Virus record (IMG/VR): IMGVR_UViG_3300030059_002600
Span: 1 to 34,800 of that record
Source of the DNA: a virus
Lineage: Duplodnaviria; Caudoviricetes
DNA length: 34,800 nucleotides
Direction: 5' to 3' (one strand)
The position numbers and the translations under genes are program-made. Below, piece by piece: positions 34,589 to 34,800 of the stretch. Positions within the stretch are counted from its first letter, which is position 1. Each line of letters opens with the position of its first letter. The notes under the pieces were generated by a model, which was not told where the DNA came from, ran no database searches, and worked only from the letters and a program-made list of their open reading frames with translations.

Positions 34589-34800
34589 TGACTATTATAA
34601 TTTTAGAAACATCGCACAGAGGCAAACCTGTAGTTTATGAAGTTAAAAACGAGCAGGCAATAATAGATCTGGCTAATAATATGGACTTTTGTTTTAGCGA
34701 GAGGAAACAATTTGCAGATTATACAGAAATAGAAGCGGCCAAAGAATGGTTAGGCCACGACCTGCAATCGATAGGGTTTTATGAACTTGATGAATTAAAA
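34588..34800 (+). CDS. Acidic hypothetical protein (98 aa, continues across the junction to 183)
   Basis: TAATG coupling; frame open through the window end. Confidence 0.8.
   Translation, partial: MTIIILETSHRGKPVVYEVKNEQAIIDLANNMDFCFSERKQFADYTEIEAAKEWLGHDLQSIGFYELDELK
34702..34800 (+). repeat. Terminal direct repeat, right copy
   Basis: Identical to 1-99. Confidence 0.95.

Larger units (their letters stand above)
1..34701. mobile_element. Complete temperate siphovirus genome (excised/virion form, intact attP)
   Basis: Terminase, portal, capsid, tail tube, tape measure, lysozyme, repressor, integrase and attP are all present. The ends overlap by 99 bp and one ORF reads across the junction. 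Confidence 0.95.

Noticed and set aside
34702-34800. Physical terminal repeats of the virion DNA
   Set aside because: The repeat is exactly 99 bp, a common assembler k-mer size, and falls mid-gene, so it is best explained as a circular contig overlap.

Overview
This window is a complete, circularly closed genome (about 34,701 bp) of a temperate siphovirus. Bases 1-99 equal 34702-34800, which looks like an assembly overlap. The host is probably a gammaproteobacterium (inference). The late operon (minus strand) runs from a Q-like regulator and holin through ParB-methyltransferase, terminase, DUF4055-like portal, head, tail, a 1310-aa tape measure and fibres to the lysis genes. A lambdoid replication/nin region (O-like initiator with iterons, P-like loader, PAPS-reductase-family gene) lies on the minus strand. 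A divergent immunity region leads into an ERF/YqaJ/SSB recombination operon, a xis-like gene and a tyrosine integrase. The intact attP carries the 3' half of a tRNA-Asn(GTT), and a small accessory operon with its own operators follows it. The best leads are four. (1) A lysis cassette with no recognisable spanin, made of an unannotated 21-aa poly-Lys peptide, a terminator, a phospholipase A2-like protein and an endolysin. (2) A Cro-less switch with a non-cleavable, leaderless repressor followed by a 56-aa protein resembling the repressor's own C-terminal helix. (3) The same 21-bp operator at both early promoters and again in tandem in the attP arm. (4) A structured, possibly c4-like RNA upstream of xis/int. 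All family assignments come from motif recognition by eye; no searches were run.
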